DNA of 64,000 nucleotides from an uncultured bacterium (lineage in GTDB: Bacteria > Patescibacteriota > Minisyncoccia > Phycocordibacterales > CAIZLB01): the NCBI GenBank assembly GCA_903821355.1, contig CAIJKW010000030.1, positions 27,897 through 91,896 on the forward strand. Reading direction: 5' to 3'. The notes beneath the pieces were generated by a model. It had not been told where the DNA came from. It was given only the letters and a program-made list of their open reading frames with translations, and ran no database searches. Numbering within the stretch: position 1 is the stretch's first letter; each line of letters opens with the position of its first letter. The position numbers were made by a program, and so were the translations under genes. This document shows, in pieces, positions 29,389-39,402 of this stretch.

Positions 29389-30210
29389 ATGAAACTCATC
29401 TCCTGGAACGTCAACGGAATACGCTCAGTCTTCAAAACCACCTTTAAGGATTGGCTTAAAAACTCGTCGCCAGATATTCTTTGCTTACAAGAAACAAAAG
29501 CAACTCACACAGAGTTGAGCAAGGAATTTAGCGAAATAGACGGATACTATTCATATTTCAATTCCTCATCGCTCAGGAAGGGTCACTCAGGTGTTGCGAT
29601 TTATACAAAAGTAAAACCGATTTCAGTTGAGACAAAACTTGGTATAGAAAGATTTGACGATGAAGGCAGGTGTCTGAAGCTCACCTTCGACAATTTTATT
29701 TTGTTCAATTTTTATATTCCAAACGGTTCAAGAGATCAGCACGATATTCCATACAAACTAGAAGTCTACAAAAAACTTTTGCAAATCATAGCCCTGATAA
29801 AAGATAAAAAAGTAATTTTGACTGGCGATTTTAACATCGCTCATACTGAACTTGATGTTTTTAACGCAAAGCAAAATTATAATAATACAATGTTTACCAA
29901 GGCGGAGCGAGAGCAAATCACTAAACTTCTGCAGGCTGGATATACTGATACCTTCAGATACAAATATCCGGAGAAAAGTGCTTACACCTGGTGGCCTTAT
30001 ATGAACGATTTACGTGAGCGTGACATTGGTTGGAGAATAGATTATTTTTTCATCACCAATTCATTATTACCAGATTTAGCAGATGCTTTTACTGAGCGAG
30101 AAAGCTTGGGCTCGGATCATGGTCCTTGCGGAATAATTTTAAATATGGATTTTAAAATTGACGAAGTCCCAATTTACGAAAAGGATGAGGTGCAGGGTTT
30201 GTTGTTCTAA
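29389..30210 (+). CDS. xth: Exodeoxyribonuclease III / AP endonuclease
   Basis: SWNVNGIR, LCLQETK, GDFNIAH, YTWW, GWRIDY, SDH. Confidence 0.95.
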   Translation: MKLISWNVNGIRSVFKTTFKDWLKNSSPDILCLQETKATHTELSKEFSEIDGYYSYFNSSSLRKGHSGVAIYTKVKPISVETKLGIERFDDEGRCLKLTFDNFILFNFYIPNGSRDQHDIPYKLEVYKKLLQIIALIKDKKVILTGDFNIAHTELDVFNAKQNYNNTMFTKAEREQITKLLQAGYTDTFRYKYPEKSAYTWWPYMNDLRERDIGWRIDYFFITNSLLPDLADAFTERESLGSDHGPCGIILNMDFKIDEVPIYEKDEVQGLLF

Positions 30211-30221
30211 ATTGCAGAACG

Positions 30222-30260
30222 AAAATCCCGCGCAAGCCATTCTGGCTTGCGCGGGTTCTT
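30222..30260. terminator. Terminator hairpin between convergent genes
   Basis: cccgcgcaagcca-ttc-tggcttgcgcggg. Confidence 0.75.
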
Positions 30261-30651
30261 AGGTGGTGAAAATTTTGCGTGTTATGAAGTAGCTCAAGAT
30301 GCTCAAAATCAGCGTGAGTATCACTTGCGAAATGTAAAGCTGGATGTGAACCCATTCGACAAGCATGTACAGCAGTGTCGTATTCAGTAGGAGGAATAAA
30401 AGCCCCATACCTATGTATTTGATTGCTTGTACATGAACGTCCTTTGTGTCACCGTTCTCGAATGTCCACAATTTCTGCAAGATGAAATTTGTCACTTGAT
30501 TTATCACATACGCGGAAATGGCCGAAGCCACATACCACACATGAACTAATTCAGTTAAAGAGTAAAGTGTGATGTAGTACAAACCCACACCGACTCCACC
30601 CGACAAACAAAATTTAGCCACCCGTTTCAATGTTTTTGATCTGATGTTCAC
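30259..30651 (-). CDS. GtrA-family protein
   Basis: KFCLSGG, NFILQKLWTF, four TM helices, ..KIFT end. Confidence 0.85.
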   Translation of the reverse strand: MNIRSKTLKRVAKFCLSGGVGVGLYYITLYSLTELVHVWYVASAISAYVINQVTNFILQKLWTFENGDTKDVHVQAIKYIGMGLLFLLLNTTLLYMLVEWVHIQLYISQVILTLILSILSYFITRKIFTT

Positions 30652-30817
30652 GGGTACCTCCTTGGTTGGTTGTTCTGTCTATATATTATCTAAAATTGAA
30701 AGTTAAGCAATGTTCACCCTCAGAATATTTTCCAAATCAAAAACCCGCCGGCCACGCTCTGTATGAGAGCGGACCAAGCGGGGTTTCTAACCATTTATTG
30801 GGGTGGTTTACCCTGAA

Positions 30818-31324
30818 TCAGCCTTTGGCGTCGGATGGCGCTGTAGCTGGTGTTGTGGCTGGCGGTGTCGTCGGTGCTGTCGCAGACGGTGGTGTCGCGG
30901 GTGGTGGAGGGGTGACTGGAATCACGACAGGTTGGACTTTTTCTTCTTCGACGAAGAGGTAGACAATGGCCTTATCGTAAAGCGCGGTTTTCTCAATCTT
31001 GACCCACACGTGGTCCTTCTTGTCGTGCCTGTAGATGTTGATTGAGTTGCCTTTCTTACAGGCAATATCAACGCTGGTAGGCCATGACTCGGTATGCCCA
31101 AAGTCTTGGACCCTGAGCATTCCACCGTCCTTAACGCACCTGTCCGCCTGGCCGATCTTCATCGGCAGGTAAATTCCCCTGTCGCAATCGTGGCGCACAA
31201 TCTTGTCGCCGTTGATGTACATGGCGAGCCCGTAGCCTCCCCATATGGAAGCGGCGATGATGACTAAAATGAAGGCGTAGAAACTTTTCATGGTGATGTT
31301 GTTGTTGTATTGTTGGTTGTTCAC
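30818..31324 (-). CDS. Hypothetical secreted/anchored protein with Pro/Thr/Ala tail (orphan)
   Basis: Hydrophobic N-terminus, Cys residues, PPPATPPSATAPTTPP tail; likely start at the internal MKSF. Confidence 0.65.
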   Translation of the reverse strand: MNNQQYNNNITMKSFYAFILVIIAASIWGGYGLAMYINGDKIVRHDCDRGIYLPMKIGQADRCVKDGGMLRVQDFGHTESWPTSVDIACKKGNSINIYRHDKKDHVWVKIEKTALYDKAIVYLFVEEEKVQPVVIPVTPPPPATPPSATAPTTPPATTPATAPSDAKG

Positions 31325-31571
31325 CCTCTTGCCCTACGGCACCTAAAGAGAGAGTGACTATTCAGCTACCAATAGGGAATTGGAAGTTCAATATTCACTC
31401 TCTCAAGCCAAATTTAAAGGATCTTTATTTGCATCAAACATAACACCTTATATGTAATAAGTCAAGTTTTATATACGCAAAATTTTGACAAAACTGTTCA
31501 TCTATGAGATGATGTCTTTGGATACATGAAGAGACGGTTCTCTTTATGGTTCAGAAGAATCAAAACAATCT

Positions 31572-31994
31572 GTGAATATGAAAACGAAAGAACCACAAGA
31601 ATCTAACATGAAACCTAGAAAAAGATCCAAGCCACAGCCCCCGAAGCCGGTGTTGGTAGTCACACGAGGGTCTACAGCTACCAAAATGGTTGGAACTCTG
31701 TGGCTAAGGGACATGGAGACGGGCGCCATGACGGAGCCGGCGGAGCCGGCGATTCGTTTTGGCGATACCGCTGAAGAGGCTTTGGGCAGTCTCGTGCTGG
31801 GTCCTTGCAGTAGCCTCTTTGAATTGAGGGAGTTCATCAAACTGAATCGCGGGTTAGTCCCCGAAACAGTTGGGAGAAATCTTCTTCAATCAGCTAGGCT
31901 TCCCAACGGTTGTCTAGTGGGTATTGAGATAGATACCCTGCAAAACCTAAACGAGTGGACTTACCACAAGGGCATTCAACCGGTGCATTCGTAG
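31572..31994 (+). CDS. Hypothetical protein (orphan)
   Basis: TTGACA at 31485 upstream, hairpin plus T-tract at ~32075-32107; start uncertain. Confidence 0.55.
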   Translation: MNMKTKEPQESNMKPRKRSKPQPPKPVLVVTRGSTATKMVGTLWLRDMETGAMTEPAEPAIRFGDTAEEALGSLVLGPCSSLFELREFIKLNRGLVPETVGRNLLQSARLPNGCLVGIEIDTLQNLNEWTYHKGIQPVHS

Positions 31995-32139
31995 CACCGC
32001 GGTCTATATCTGAAACAAAGACCATCTGCTGGGGAAACAATATGGTCAAAACTCAAACTCAAACTCAAAAACACAAAACCCTCCGTACCCAGCGGAGGTG
32101 TTTTTTATTTTGACGATTTTATCTTGCAACCTTTAAAGT

Positions 32140-32616
32140 TTATTTTGTCGATCCTGAACCTTGTGGCATAACCTGCACTGGCGCTCCACCTGGTTGTATA
32201 TTAGGTCTCTGGTTGATTGTTGTAGCATTAATACTGCCATCGGCATTTGCTTGACCGTTAGCTGTTATTTGGCTTCCGACAACAATATCAGCAATTGTCC
32301 CCGCAGATGTTTTTTGTACCGCTGTACTTGAAGCGACAAAGATTATTTTTGATCCGCCGTTAGCTAGTTTAACCGTTATGCTTGTCGCGTCTTTGCTAAG
32401 TACTTCTCCAAAAACATTGCCTGCGCCACCGGCTTGTCCTCCTCGTCCACCTCTCATTCCACCTGCACCACCTGCTCCATTCAATCCTACGGCTCCAAAT
32501 TGTCCGCCTCTGTTTGCACCAGCATTTCCGGCCCCAACTTTTGTTCCTGCGTAAAATGATATTCCACCAACAAGAACCAAAACTATTATTGATATTATTA
32601 TTTGATTTTTTTTCAT
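32140..32616 (-). CDS. DUF5666-like membrane-anchored OB-fold protein
   Basis: TM anchor, Gly-rich linker, GEVLSKDATSITVKL..GSQITANG..DGSINA. Confidence 0.75.
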   Translation of the reverse strand: MKKNQIIISIIVLVLVGGISFYAGTKVGAGNAGANRGGQFGAVGLNGAGGAGGMRGGRGGQAGGAGNVFGEVLSKDATSITVKLANGGSKIIFVASSTAVQKTSAGTIADIVVGSQITANGQANADGSINATTINQRPNIQPGGAPVQVMPQGSGSTK

Positions 32617-32631
32617 ATTATTTATTATTAT

Positions 32632-33852
32632 TTATTCATACTTCAGCGCATCTATTGGATTCAACCCTGCTGCACGCCTTGCGGGATAGTATCCAAAGAC
32701 GATGCCGATGACCGCTGAAACCGTGAAGGAGAGGATAATAGAAAACCACGAGACCTGCGTTGCAATTAATCCAAAATAATTTATTAAGAACGATATTAGC
32801 CAACCCAAAATTATTCCAATTCCTCCACCAATAAATGTTAGCATCAGTGCTTCAATCAAGAATTGCAAACTGATATCTTTGTTTCTTGCGCCAATCGCTT
32901 TTCTTAAACCTATTTCACGAGTTCTCTCTGTCACTGTTGTAAGCATCATATTCATAATTCCAATTCCACCAACCACAAGTGAAATTCCTGCAACGGAACC
33001 AAGCAAAATCGTAAAAATTTGTGTAATACTTGTTGCGGTTGCGGCAATGTCTGCTTGATTGAGTACGCTAAAATCTAGCACGCCATTTTTGATATTATGT
33101 TTTGTGGTTAAAATATCTGTAATTTGAGCTTGAATACCTGCGCTAGAATTTGAGTCTGGAGCTTGCACGCTGATTGTCGTCACATATTCATCGCCAGACA
33201 GTAGTCTTTGTGCAGTTGAGAGTGGCATCCAAATTAAATCGTCCTGACTACCAAAACCGGATCCTCCTTTTGCAACTGTCATTCCGATGACAGTAAAATC
33301 CACCTTATTAATTCTAATTTTTTTACCAATCGCATCAACGTCTACGCCAAAAAGATCATCTCTTACGTTTGGCCCAATTACAGCAACCTTACTTCCAGCC
33401 TGTAAATTTTGATCTGTGATAAAGGTACCTTCTGCGATGGATACATTTCTGACCGATTGATAATCTGGCACGGTACCTGTAATTGTTGTGTTTGTGTTTT
33501 GTCCTTGAGCTGTTACTTGATAACGTCCAGAAACTTCAGGGGCGATTGCTTTAATATTTGTGGCCTGCTGTTGAATTGCAGTGACGTCTTCAAGTGTTAA
33601 TGTTTTTGCACTTCCTCTTCCGGCGCTAATTTGAACTCCAGGACCACGTTGTGCTCCAGGAGTAATCAAAATCAAGTTCGAACCGATAGATTGAATACTT
33701 GATTGAATAGAATTCTGCGCCCCTTGTCCAATTGAAAGCATGGCGATAACAGAGCTTATTCCAATCACAATTCCAAGCATCGTTAAACCTGAACGCACTT
33801 TGTTTGCGAAGATTGCTGAATATGTTTCGTGTAGTATGTCAAATATTGTCAT
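32632..33852 (-). CDS. MacB/FtsX-family ABC permease
   Basis: NKVRSGLTMLGIVIG, VGGIGIMNMML..ERTREIGLRKAIGA, PARRAAGLNPIDAL. Confidence 0.95.
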   Translation of the reverse strand: MTIFDILHETYSAIFANKVRSGLTMLGIVIGISSVIAMLSIGQGAQNSIQSSIQSIGSNLILITPGAQRGPGVQISAGRGSAKTLTLEDVTAIQQQATNIKAIAPEVSGRYQVTAQGQNTNTTITGTVPDYQSVRNVSIAEGTFITDQNLQAGSKVAVIGPNVRDDLFGVDVDAIGKKIRINKVDFTVIGMTVAKGGSGFGSQDDLIWMPLSTAQRLLSGDEYVTTISVQAPDSNSSAGIQAQITDILTTKHNIKNGVLDFSVLNQADIAATATSITQIFTILLGSVAGISLVVGGIGIMNMMLTTVTERTREIGLRKAIGARNKDISLQFLIEALMLTFIGGGIGIILGWLISFLINYFGLIATQVSWFSIILSFTVSAVIGIVFGYYPARRAAGLNPIDALKYE

Positions 33853-33896
33853 ATGTTTTTATTTTGTTATAGCGATTTTTCGTCTTCGCCATTTAT

Positions 33897-34631
33897 TTAT
33901 TGTTTTAACGAATTTATCTTTGCAAGCTCCAAAACGGCATCTTTCTTCTTGTGATTTTTTCTGTCTTCTGTAATTTTTCCATCTCTAATAACAATTATTC
34001 TGTCTGCGTGTTCTGCAACGTCTGGCTCGTGGGTAATTAAAATAATTGTTCTACCTAATTCTTTATTTAACTTTTGAAACGTCCCCAAAACAATTTCTCC
34101 AGTTTTGCTGTCTAAGTTTCCGGTTGGTTCATCGGCCAAAATTAAACTTGGATTGTTTACGAGCGCGCGAGAAATTGCTACACGTTGAATTTGACCACCA
34201 GAAAGTTGATTGGATAGGTGAGTGAAGTGGGTTTCATCTAATCCTGATGCATGTAGAGCTTCTCTTGCCCGCCTGTCTCTTTCTTCTTCGCCAACACCTG
34301 AATAAATAAGGGGGAGCATTACGTTTCTAAGAACTGTGCTTCTGGGTAGTAGGTTGAACGATTGAAAGACAAAGCCAATTTTATCTCTCCTTATATCTGC
34401 CAGCTCGTCATCCGTTAGGGAAGAGACATCCTTGCCGTCCAAAAAGTATGTTCCTGTTGTTGGAGTGTCTAAGGCACCTAGAATATGCATCAGAGTTGAT
34501 TTACCAGATCCAGATGGACCCATGATGGCAACAAACTCGCCGTCTTCAATTTTAAAGCTAACACCATCAAGCGCAAGAAATGCGTTGGCGTCCGGGTCAT
34601 ATATTTTTGTAATGTTTTTTACGTCAATCAT
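33897..34631 (-). CDS. ABC transporter ATP-binding protein (LolD/MacB type)
   Basis: GPSGSGKST, LSGGQIQRV, ILADEPTGNLD, ITH. Confidence 0.96.
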   Translation of the reverse strand: MIDVKNITKIYDPDANAFLALDGVSFKIEDGEFVAIMGPSGSGKSTLMHILGALDTPTTGTYFLDGKDVSSLTDDELADIRRDKIGFVFQSFNLLPRSTVLRNVMLPLIYSGVGEEERDRRAREALHASGLDETHFTHLSNQLSGGQIQRVAISRALVNNPSLILADEPTGNLDSKTGEIVLGTFQKLNKELGRTIILITHEPDVAEHADRIIVIRDGKITEDRKNHKKKDAVLELAKINSLKQ

Positions 34632-34701
34632 GTTTTTAGGTTTTTATAGGTCAAGAAACAGTTTTTGAATATTTGTGTGATCAACACTACGATCCCAATT
34701 G

Positions 34702-36477
34702 CTATCTGCCGGCCGGTGCGCCACCACCTGTCCTTATAATACTACTTCCAGTTGAACCACTTCTATTTCCACCTGAACCAAACAGACTTGGCGCCGCCGC
34801 TGTCTTTGCAGCGGTCGCGCTTGCTGTTGATGTTTTGGTAACGATTCTATCGCCAACATTTAAACCAGAAACAATTTCTGTTGAAGTGTCATTAGATAGT
34901 CCAACCGTTATTTCTTGTTGCACCGGAGTTTCATTAACGACAACTGGTGTAGTTGAAGTTGCAACATTTGCGCTAAATACTTCAACATATTGAACACCAT
35001 TTTTTATTTTTACCGCACCATTTGGGATAACAATCACATCCTGTTTGTTGTTTGTGATTACAGAAGCGCTAACGCTCATGCCGGATTTGACTCTATCGTC
35101 CTGAACATCAAAAGTAATTTTTACATTATAATTTACGACACCTTGTGTAACAGTTCCAATCAAGTCAATTGATTGAACAACGCCGGAAATATTTAGGCCA
35201 TCAATAGCATCAAATGTGAGCGACGCCTTTTGCCCAGCGGATATCTTAGCAGCATCAACTTCATTCACTGTTATATCAGCCACTTTATTTTTTGTGATAA
35301 TTGTTCCAATAGAGCCACCGGAAGAAACCGTATCAGACGGCTTGGCTGTTATTTGCGCAATTACACCATCAAATGGAGCTGTAATAAATATATTTTGATA
35401 TGCCAATTGCGCTTGAGCAAGATTTATTTTTTGAGACGCGACATCAAGGCTGTCTGCCCCAGTTGTAATTTTATCCAGGCTCGCTTGTTTTTGCGCAAGT
35501 GTTTGAGGACCATTTTGAATAGTATTTTTTAGATCAGAAATATTATTCATCGAGCTTGATAGGCTGGATAAGTCTGAGTTAATTTTTCCAATCCAACTCG
35601 TCAAGTTGCTTGATGCTGTGTTTGCAGCGGCGCTTGCTGATGAGCTGGGTGTGCTATTAGGATCTGTGTTCTTTACATAATCCACTGTATTTTTTAATTC
35701 AACTAATACACTAGAAAGTTGCTTTGATACGTCGTAAGTTTTTTTAATTAATGAATCGGCTGAGCTTGTGGAGTCTAATCTTGACGAGCTTCTATAAGTT
35801 TGCAACACATTATTGTATGCGCTTTTTGCCTTATCGAAATTTATTCCATTGCTATTCTTTTGATTTTTTGTTTCGTTAGATCTTCCTATAAGATTTTGGT
35901 CTGACAAAAAACCAGTGCCAGAATATAACATATCATTTGATCCGTTTATGATATCTGACAAATCTATGTATGTTGAGGCAATAGAACTGTAGGCTGTGTC
36001 GTACGCACTACTTAAATCATCCGCCGATTTTGTCAGGCTTTGCTTTGTACTATTAAAATCATTTTGCGCTTGAATCAAAGTTGATTGATCTGCTGGCTGA
36101 ACAAGTTTTTGATAAGCAATTTGTGCACTTTGTAAATCCAAATACGCCCCTGGATTATCTATTTGTGCGATAACTTGCCCCGCCTTAACCTCTTGTCCCG
36201 TAGTCACATTTATTTTCAAAATATTTCCAGAAGATTTTGCTTTTAGATCAATTTGATTTGAAGCTGAAACTTGGCCACTTCCTGTGACATTGGTGACGAT
36301 TGCGCCTTTTTGAACATCAGCAATGGCATAAGTTGTAATGGTGCTTGCTGGAAAAAGAACTTTGTATAACTCATAGATTATCAAAATCAAAATAATAGCC
36401 ACCGCTATGCTAGTTTTCTTATGCTTTATTACGTATTGCTTAAATTTTGGATAATTATTTTTCATATTTGTTTTCAA
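34702..36477 (-). CDS. Efflux periplasmic adaptor / membrane fusion protein (MacA/HlyD family)
   Basis: TM anchor, GQEVKAGQVIA lipoyl half, long coiled coil, ITAPFDGVI, GMSVSA, EIVSGLNVGD. Confidence 0.92.
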   Translation of the reverse strand: MKTNMKNNYPKFKQYVIKHKKTSIAVAIILILIIYELYKVLFPASTITTYAIADVQKGAIVTNVTGSGQVSASNQIDLKAKSSGNILKINVTTGQEVKAGQVIAQIDNPGAYLDLQSAQIAYQKLVQPADQSTLIQAQNDFNSTKQSLTKSADDLSSAYDTAYSSIASTYIDLSDIINGSNDMLYSGTGFLSDQNLIGRSNETKNQKNSNGINFDKAKSAYNNVLQTYRSSSRLDSTSSADSLIKKTYDVSKQLSSVLVELKNTVDYVKNTDPNSTPSSSASAAANTASSNLTSWIGKINSDLSSLSSSMNNISDLKNTIQNGPQTLAQKQASLDKITTGADSLDVASQKINLAQAQLAYQNIFITAPFDGVIAQITAKPSDTVSSGGSIGTIITKNKVADITVNEVDAAKISAGQKASLTFDAIDGLNISGVVQSIDLIGTVTQGVVNYNVKITFDVQDDRVKSGMSVSASVITNNKQDVIVIPNGAVKIKNGVQYVEVFSANVATSTTPVVVNETPVQQEITVGLSNDTSTEIVSGLNVGDRIVTKTSTASATAAKTAAAPSLFGSGGNRSGSTGSSIIRTGGGAPAGR

Positions 36478-36482
36478 TTATT

Positions 36483-37055
36483 TTATTGTGCTATTGATGA
36501 GGTAGTTGCTGGATTTGCTGAATTCACCGAATTAGCATTACCAGTAGATGTTGCTGTCCCTGTTGTTGGTGGGGGAGGAATTAATCTAATTAATCTTGCG
36601 TTTATTGTACCGTTGTCTGTTGAAGAAGCTTCGCCTAGGACGATGATGTAATCGCCAATTTTTAAATCTTGTGTATTTAAAGTATTTCTAAATTGTCTAA
36701 TTAATGTATCGCTTGAAATACTAATTGTTTTTTCAACGTTATCAGTTGAAGCTACAATAATATTTGGTAAATTAATTGATACGATTTTTCCAACCGCTCC
36801 ATGTCCGCCAGGTAGATTTGCATCTTGCATCATGTTTCCAAAAACTGGTTGTCTGCCCATCATTCCACCTCGTCCACGATTTTCATTAAATGAATTATAA
36901 TAATTACCTTCTATGGATCCGTAGAACCTCGCTTTGTGATATCCAACAAAAATTCCAGCTTGGAAAACTGTAAAAATAATGATTAGAATGATTAAAAACT
37001 TAATTATTCCAAATCTGTCTATTTTTTCTTTTATTTTTTTGATATGTTCTTTCAT
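36483..37055 (-). CDS. DUF5666-like membrane-anchored protein
   Basis: TM, HGAVGKIVSI..DLKIGDYIIVLG..GTINARLIR. Confidence 0.7.
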   Translation of the reverse strand: MKEHIKKIKEKIDRFGIIKFLIILIIIFTVFQAGIFVGYHKARFYGSIEGNYYNSFNENRGRGGMMGRQPVFGNMMQDANLPGGHGAVGKIVSINLPNIIVASTDNVEKTISISSDTLIRQFRNTLNTQDLKIGDYIIVLGEASSTDNGTINARLIRLIPPPPTTGTATSTGNANSVNSANPATTSSIAQ

Positions 37056-37107
37056 GTCTTTAATATTTTTTTATTATTTGAAATTTGAATTTACTAAGTT
37101 GAATTTA

Positions 37108-37515
37108 TTAAGCCGTTATAAGTACTTTCTTTGCTTCGTTCATTGCCTTAAGTGTTGACCATGCAAAAACGGCTAGAATAACCAATAGCGATATTATGCT
37201 AATTGTAGGTATTGACTCTACAAGTGTAACCAGTATCTCTTTCCAATATATAATTGCCACATCAGAATCTGAGAAAATAAGAGAAAGATAATTATAAATA
37301 CCAGATTGAGTAAATGAGGCGATGACTTGAAAGATAACGGGGATAGATACTATTAATGAGACCATGGAGATAAAACTTAAGCCAAGAGTTTTAATCTTGG
37401 ATTTTTCACGATCTTTTTGGTCTAATTTCAAGATAATACTATTCACAAAGTCTTTTGGTATAGATATGTCTTGATTCTCTACTTTATTTAATAATCTTTT
37501 GAATTCACTAGTCAT
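37108..37515 (-). CDS. Putative membrane anti-sigma factor
   Basis: Follows the ECF sigma; short PxDFVNSI cytoplasmic part, then TM helices. Confidence 0.6.
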   Translation of the reverse strand: MTSEFKRLLNKVENQDISIPKDFVNSIILKLDQKDREKSKIKTLGLSFISMVSLIVSIPVIFQVIASFTQSGIYNYLSLIFSDSDVAIIYWKEILVTLVESIPTISIISLLVILAVFAWSTLKAMNEAKKVLITA

Positions 37516-37564
37516 ACTAACTCTATACGAGGTGGGGGAGGGTTTTGGTGCACATCACTGTTTA

Positions 37565-38128
37565 CTATAATATTCCCCTTAATTTTTTCAACGATCTTCC
37601 ATATTGGCTCTTAACAGTATTCATCGGCCTATCTATGATTTCCGCTATCTCTTCAAAAGTTAAATCTTCACTAATATGCAGGTGAATTATAAGTCTTTGA
37701 TTATCAGATAATTGAGCAAGAGCTTTCTTTAGGTTTTCTTCAGATTCTTTTTGCAAAAATACTTCATCAGGCAATGGTTCTTTGTCTACCAGGCTTGCTT
37801 CGAAATCAAAATTTTCTTCATCGCTTTCAGTGTCCAAGCTGGAAAAATTTATAGACTTTTTCTTTCTCAACTTATCTATTGCTGTATTTCTAGCGATGCT
37901 GAATAGCCAGGTTTTAAAATTTAAATCTGTATCAAATTTTGATAACTTCTGCCAAGCTTTTATAAATGTTTCTTGAGTAATATCCTCCGAGTCATCTTTG
38001 TTTCCAACCAACCTGAAAATAAAAAAATATACTGACTTTGCATGACGCTCTACAAGTACATTAAATGAAGCCCTACCTTGTGTGAGGTAAATAGATTCTT
38101 CAATTAATTGTAGATCTGTTTTTTCCAT
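37565..38128 (-). CDS. ECF-family RNA polymerase sigma-70 factor
   Basis: EDITQETFIKAW, FKTWLFSIARNTAID (region 2); LTFEEIAEI..NTVKS (region 4). Confidence 0.95.
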   Translation of the reverse strand: MEKTDLQLIEESIYLTQGRASFNVLVERHAKSVYFFIFRLVGNKDDSEDITQETFIKAWQKLSKFDTDLNFKTWLFSIARNTAIDKLRKKKSINFSSLDTESDEENFDFEASLVDKEPLPDEVFLQKESEENLKKALAQLSDNQRLIIHLHISEDLTFEEIAEIIDRPMNTVKSQYGRSLKKLRGIL

Positions 38129-39185
38129 TATTTTTTCGACTGAGTATTTTGTCACCTTTGTCCTTTTTGTTTTTGCCAACTAGATTCTTGCCGGTCGCGT
38201 CTTCATTACCTATAAACTTTTTGACTATATTTTCAATCTTCTTAAAGTTTGCGGGGGATGGCTTAAACCATACAATCCCTTGCCTTCTTTTGAACCAAGT
38301 TCTTTGTCTTTTAACAAAATGCCAAATGTCGTTTGCAAGCATTTGTTCAAATTCCTCCTTTGAAATTTTACCCTCAAGAACACTCGCCATATGGCCATAT
38401 TCTAGGCCAAGCTCATGCATTCTTTTATATTTTAAACCATTTTCATGTAATTTACGACCCTCAGCCAACATTCCTTTTTTCATCCTCGATCTTATTCGCA
38501 AAAGTATTCTTTCCTTGATGGTTTTATCGTCAAAATCTAAACCAATAAAAACAGCCTCAAAGTTTGCTTTGTTTATAAGAGGTGGAACTCTGCCAATTTT
38601 TGTAGCAATCTCAATTGACCTAATGAGTCTTACTCTGTTGAATTGACCGCCACCATCGTTCTTAAGTTGGTTGGCTCTATTTTGATCTAGAGACATTAAT
38701 TTTTTATAAAGATTTTCTGTAGTAACTGTGGATAACTCCTTACGTAATTTTTTATCAGGCAAAACTTGTGGAAATTGAATTCCATCGACAAGAGCATCAA
38801 TATACATTCCAGTTCCACCGCAAATTATTGGAATTTTATTTTTCTTTATGATTTCCTGCGCTACCTTTAACGCGTCCTTACTAAACTTATCCGCAGTATA
38901 AGTTTTTTTAGGATCTGCAATGTCCAACATAAAATGGGGTACACCCCGCATTTCTTTTTTCGTTATTTTACCAGAGCCAAGATCAAGACCTTTATAGACC
39001 TGTCTAGAATCAGCAGATATAATTTCACCTCCAAACTTCTTAGCAATCAAAACTGCCAAATCACTTTTACCCGTTGCTGTCGGACCACAAATTACAACAA
39101 CCTTTTTCAGTTTTTCCGAGCTTTTTTGGTGCTCTTTCTTTGTGTTTTGCTCCTTCACATCGTCCATCTTTTTAGCCTTTTCCAT
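38100..39185 (-). CDS. miaA: tRNA dimethylallyltransferase
   Basis: GPTATGKS, IISADSRQVY, CGGTGMY, KRQRTWF. Confidence 0.95.
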   Translation of the reverse strand: MEKAKKMDDVKEQNTKKEHQKSSEKLKKVVVICGPTATGKSDLAVLIAKKFGGEIISADSRQVYKGLDLGSGKITKKEMRGVPHFMLDIADPKKTYTADKFSKDALKVAQEIIKKNKIPIICGGTGMYIDALVDGIQFPQVLPDKKLRKELSTVTTENLYKKLMSLDQNRANQLKNDGGGQFNRVRLIRSIEIATKIGRVPPLINKANFEAVFIGLDFDDKTIKERILLRIRSRMKKGMLAEGRKLHENGLKYKRMHELGLEYGHMASVLEGKISKEEFEQMLANDIWHFVKRQRTWFKRRQGIVWFKPSPANFKKIENIVKKFIGNEDATGKNLVGKNKKDKGDKILSRKNNGKNRSTIN

Positions 39186-39189
39186 TTTG

Positions 39190-39270
39190 TGCCAGAGGTG
39201 GGACTTGAACCCACAAACCTTGCGGCGCTCGATTTTGAGTCGAGTATGTTTACCATTTCATCACTCTGGC
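39190..39270 (-). tRNA. tRNA-Leu (anticodon CAA)
   Basis: GCCAGAGTGATGAAATGGTAAACATA-CTCGA-CTCAAAA-TCGAG..GGTTCAAGTCC..CTCTGGCA. Confidence 0.95.
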
Positions 39271-39402
39271 CTATATTTTGTATAAATTGTACTACTAACC
39301 CCATCCAGTAGTAGATAGTATTATTCAATATCAACACGATGTCAACACTTTTGGCTATTTTCGGGGGTTAAATAATAAATATTTATGATACAATCTAACC
39401 AT

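Noticed and set aside
23597-32100. Prophage, integrative island or integron downstream of tRNA-Trp
   Set aside because: No integrase or phage genes, no duplicated tRNA 3' end and no consistent attC core sites seen
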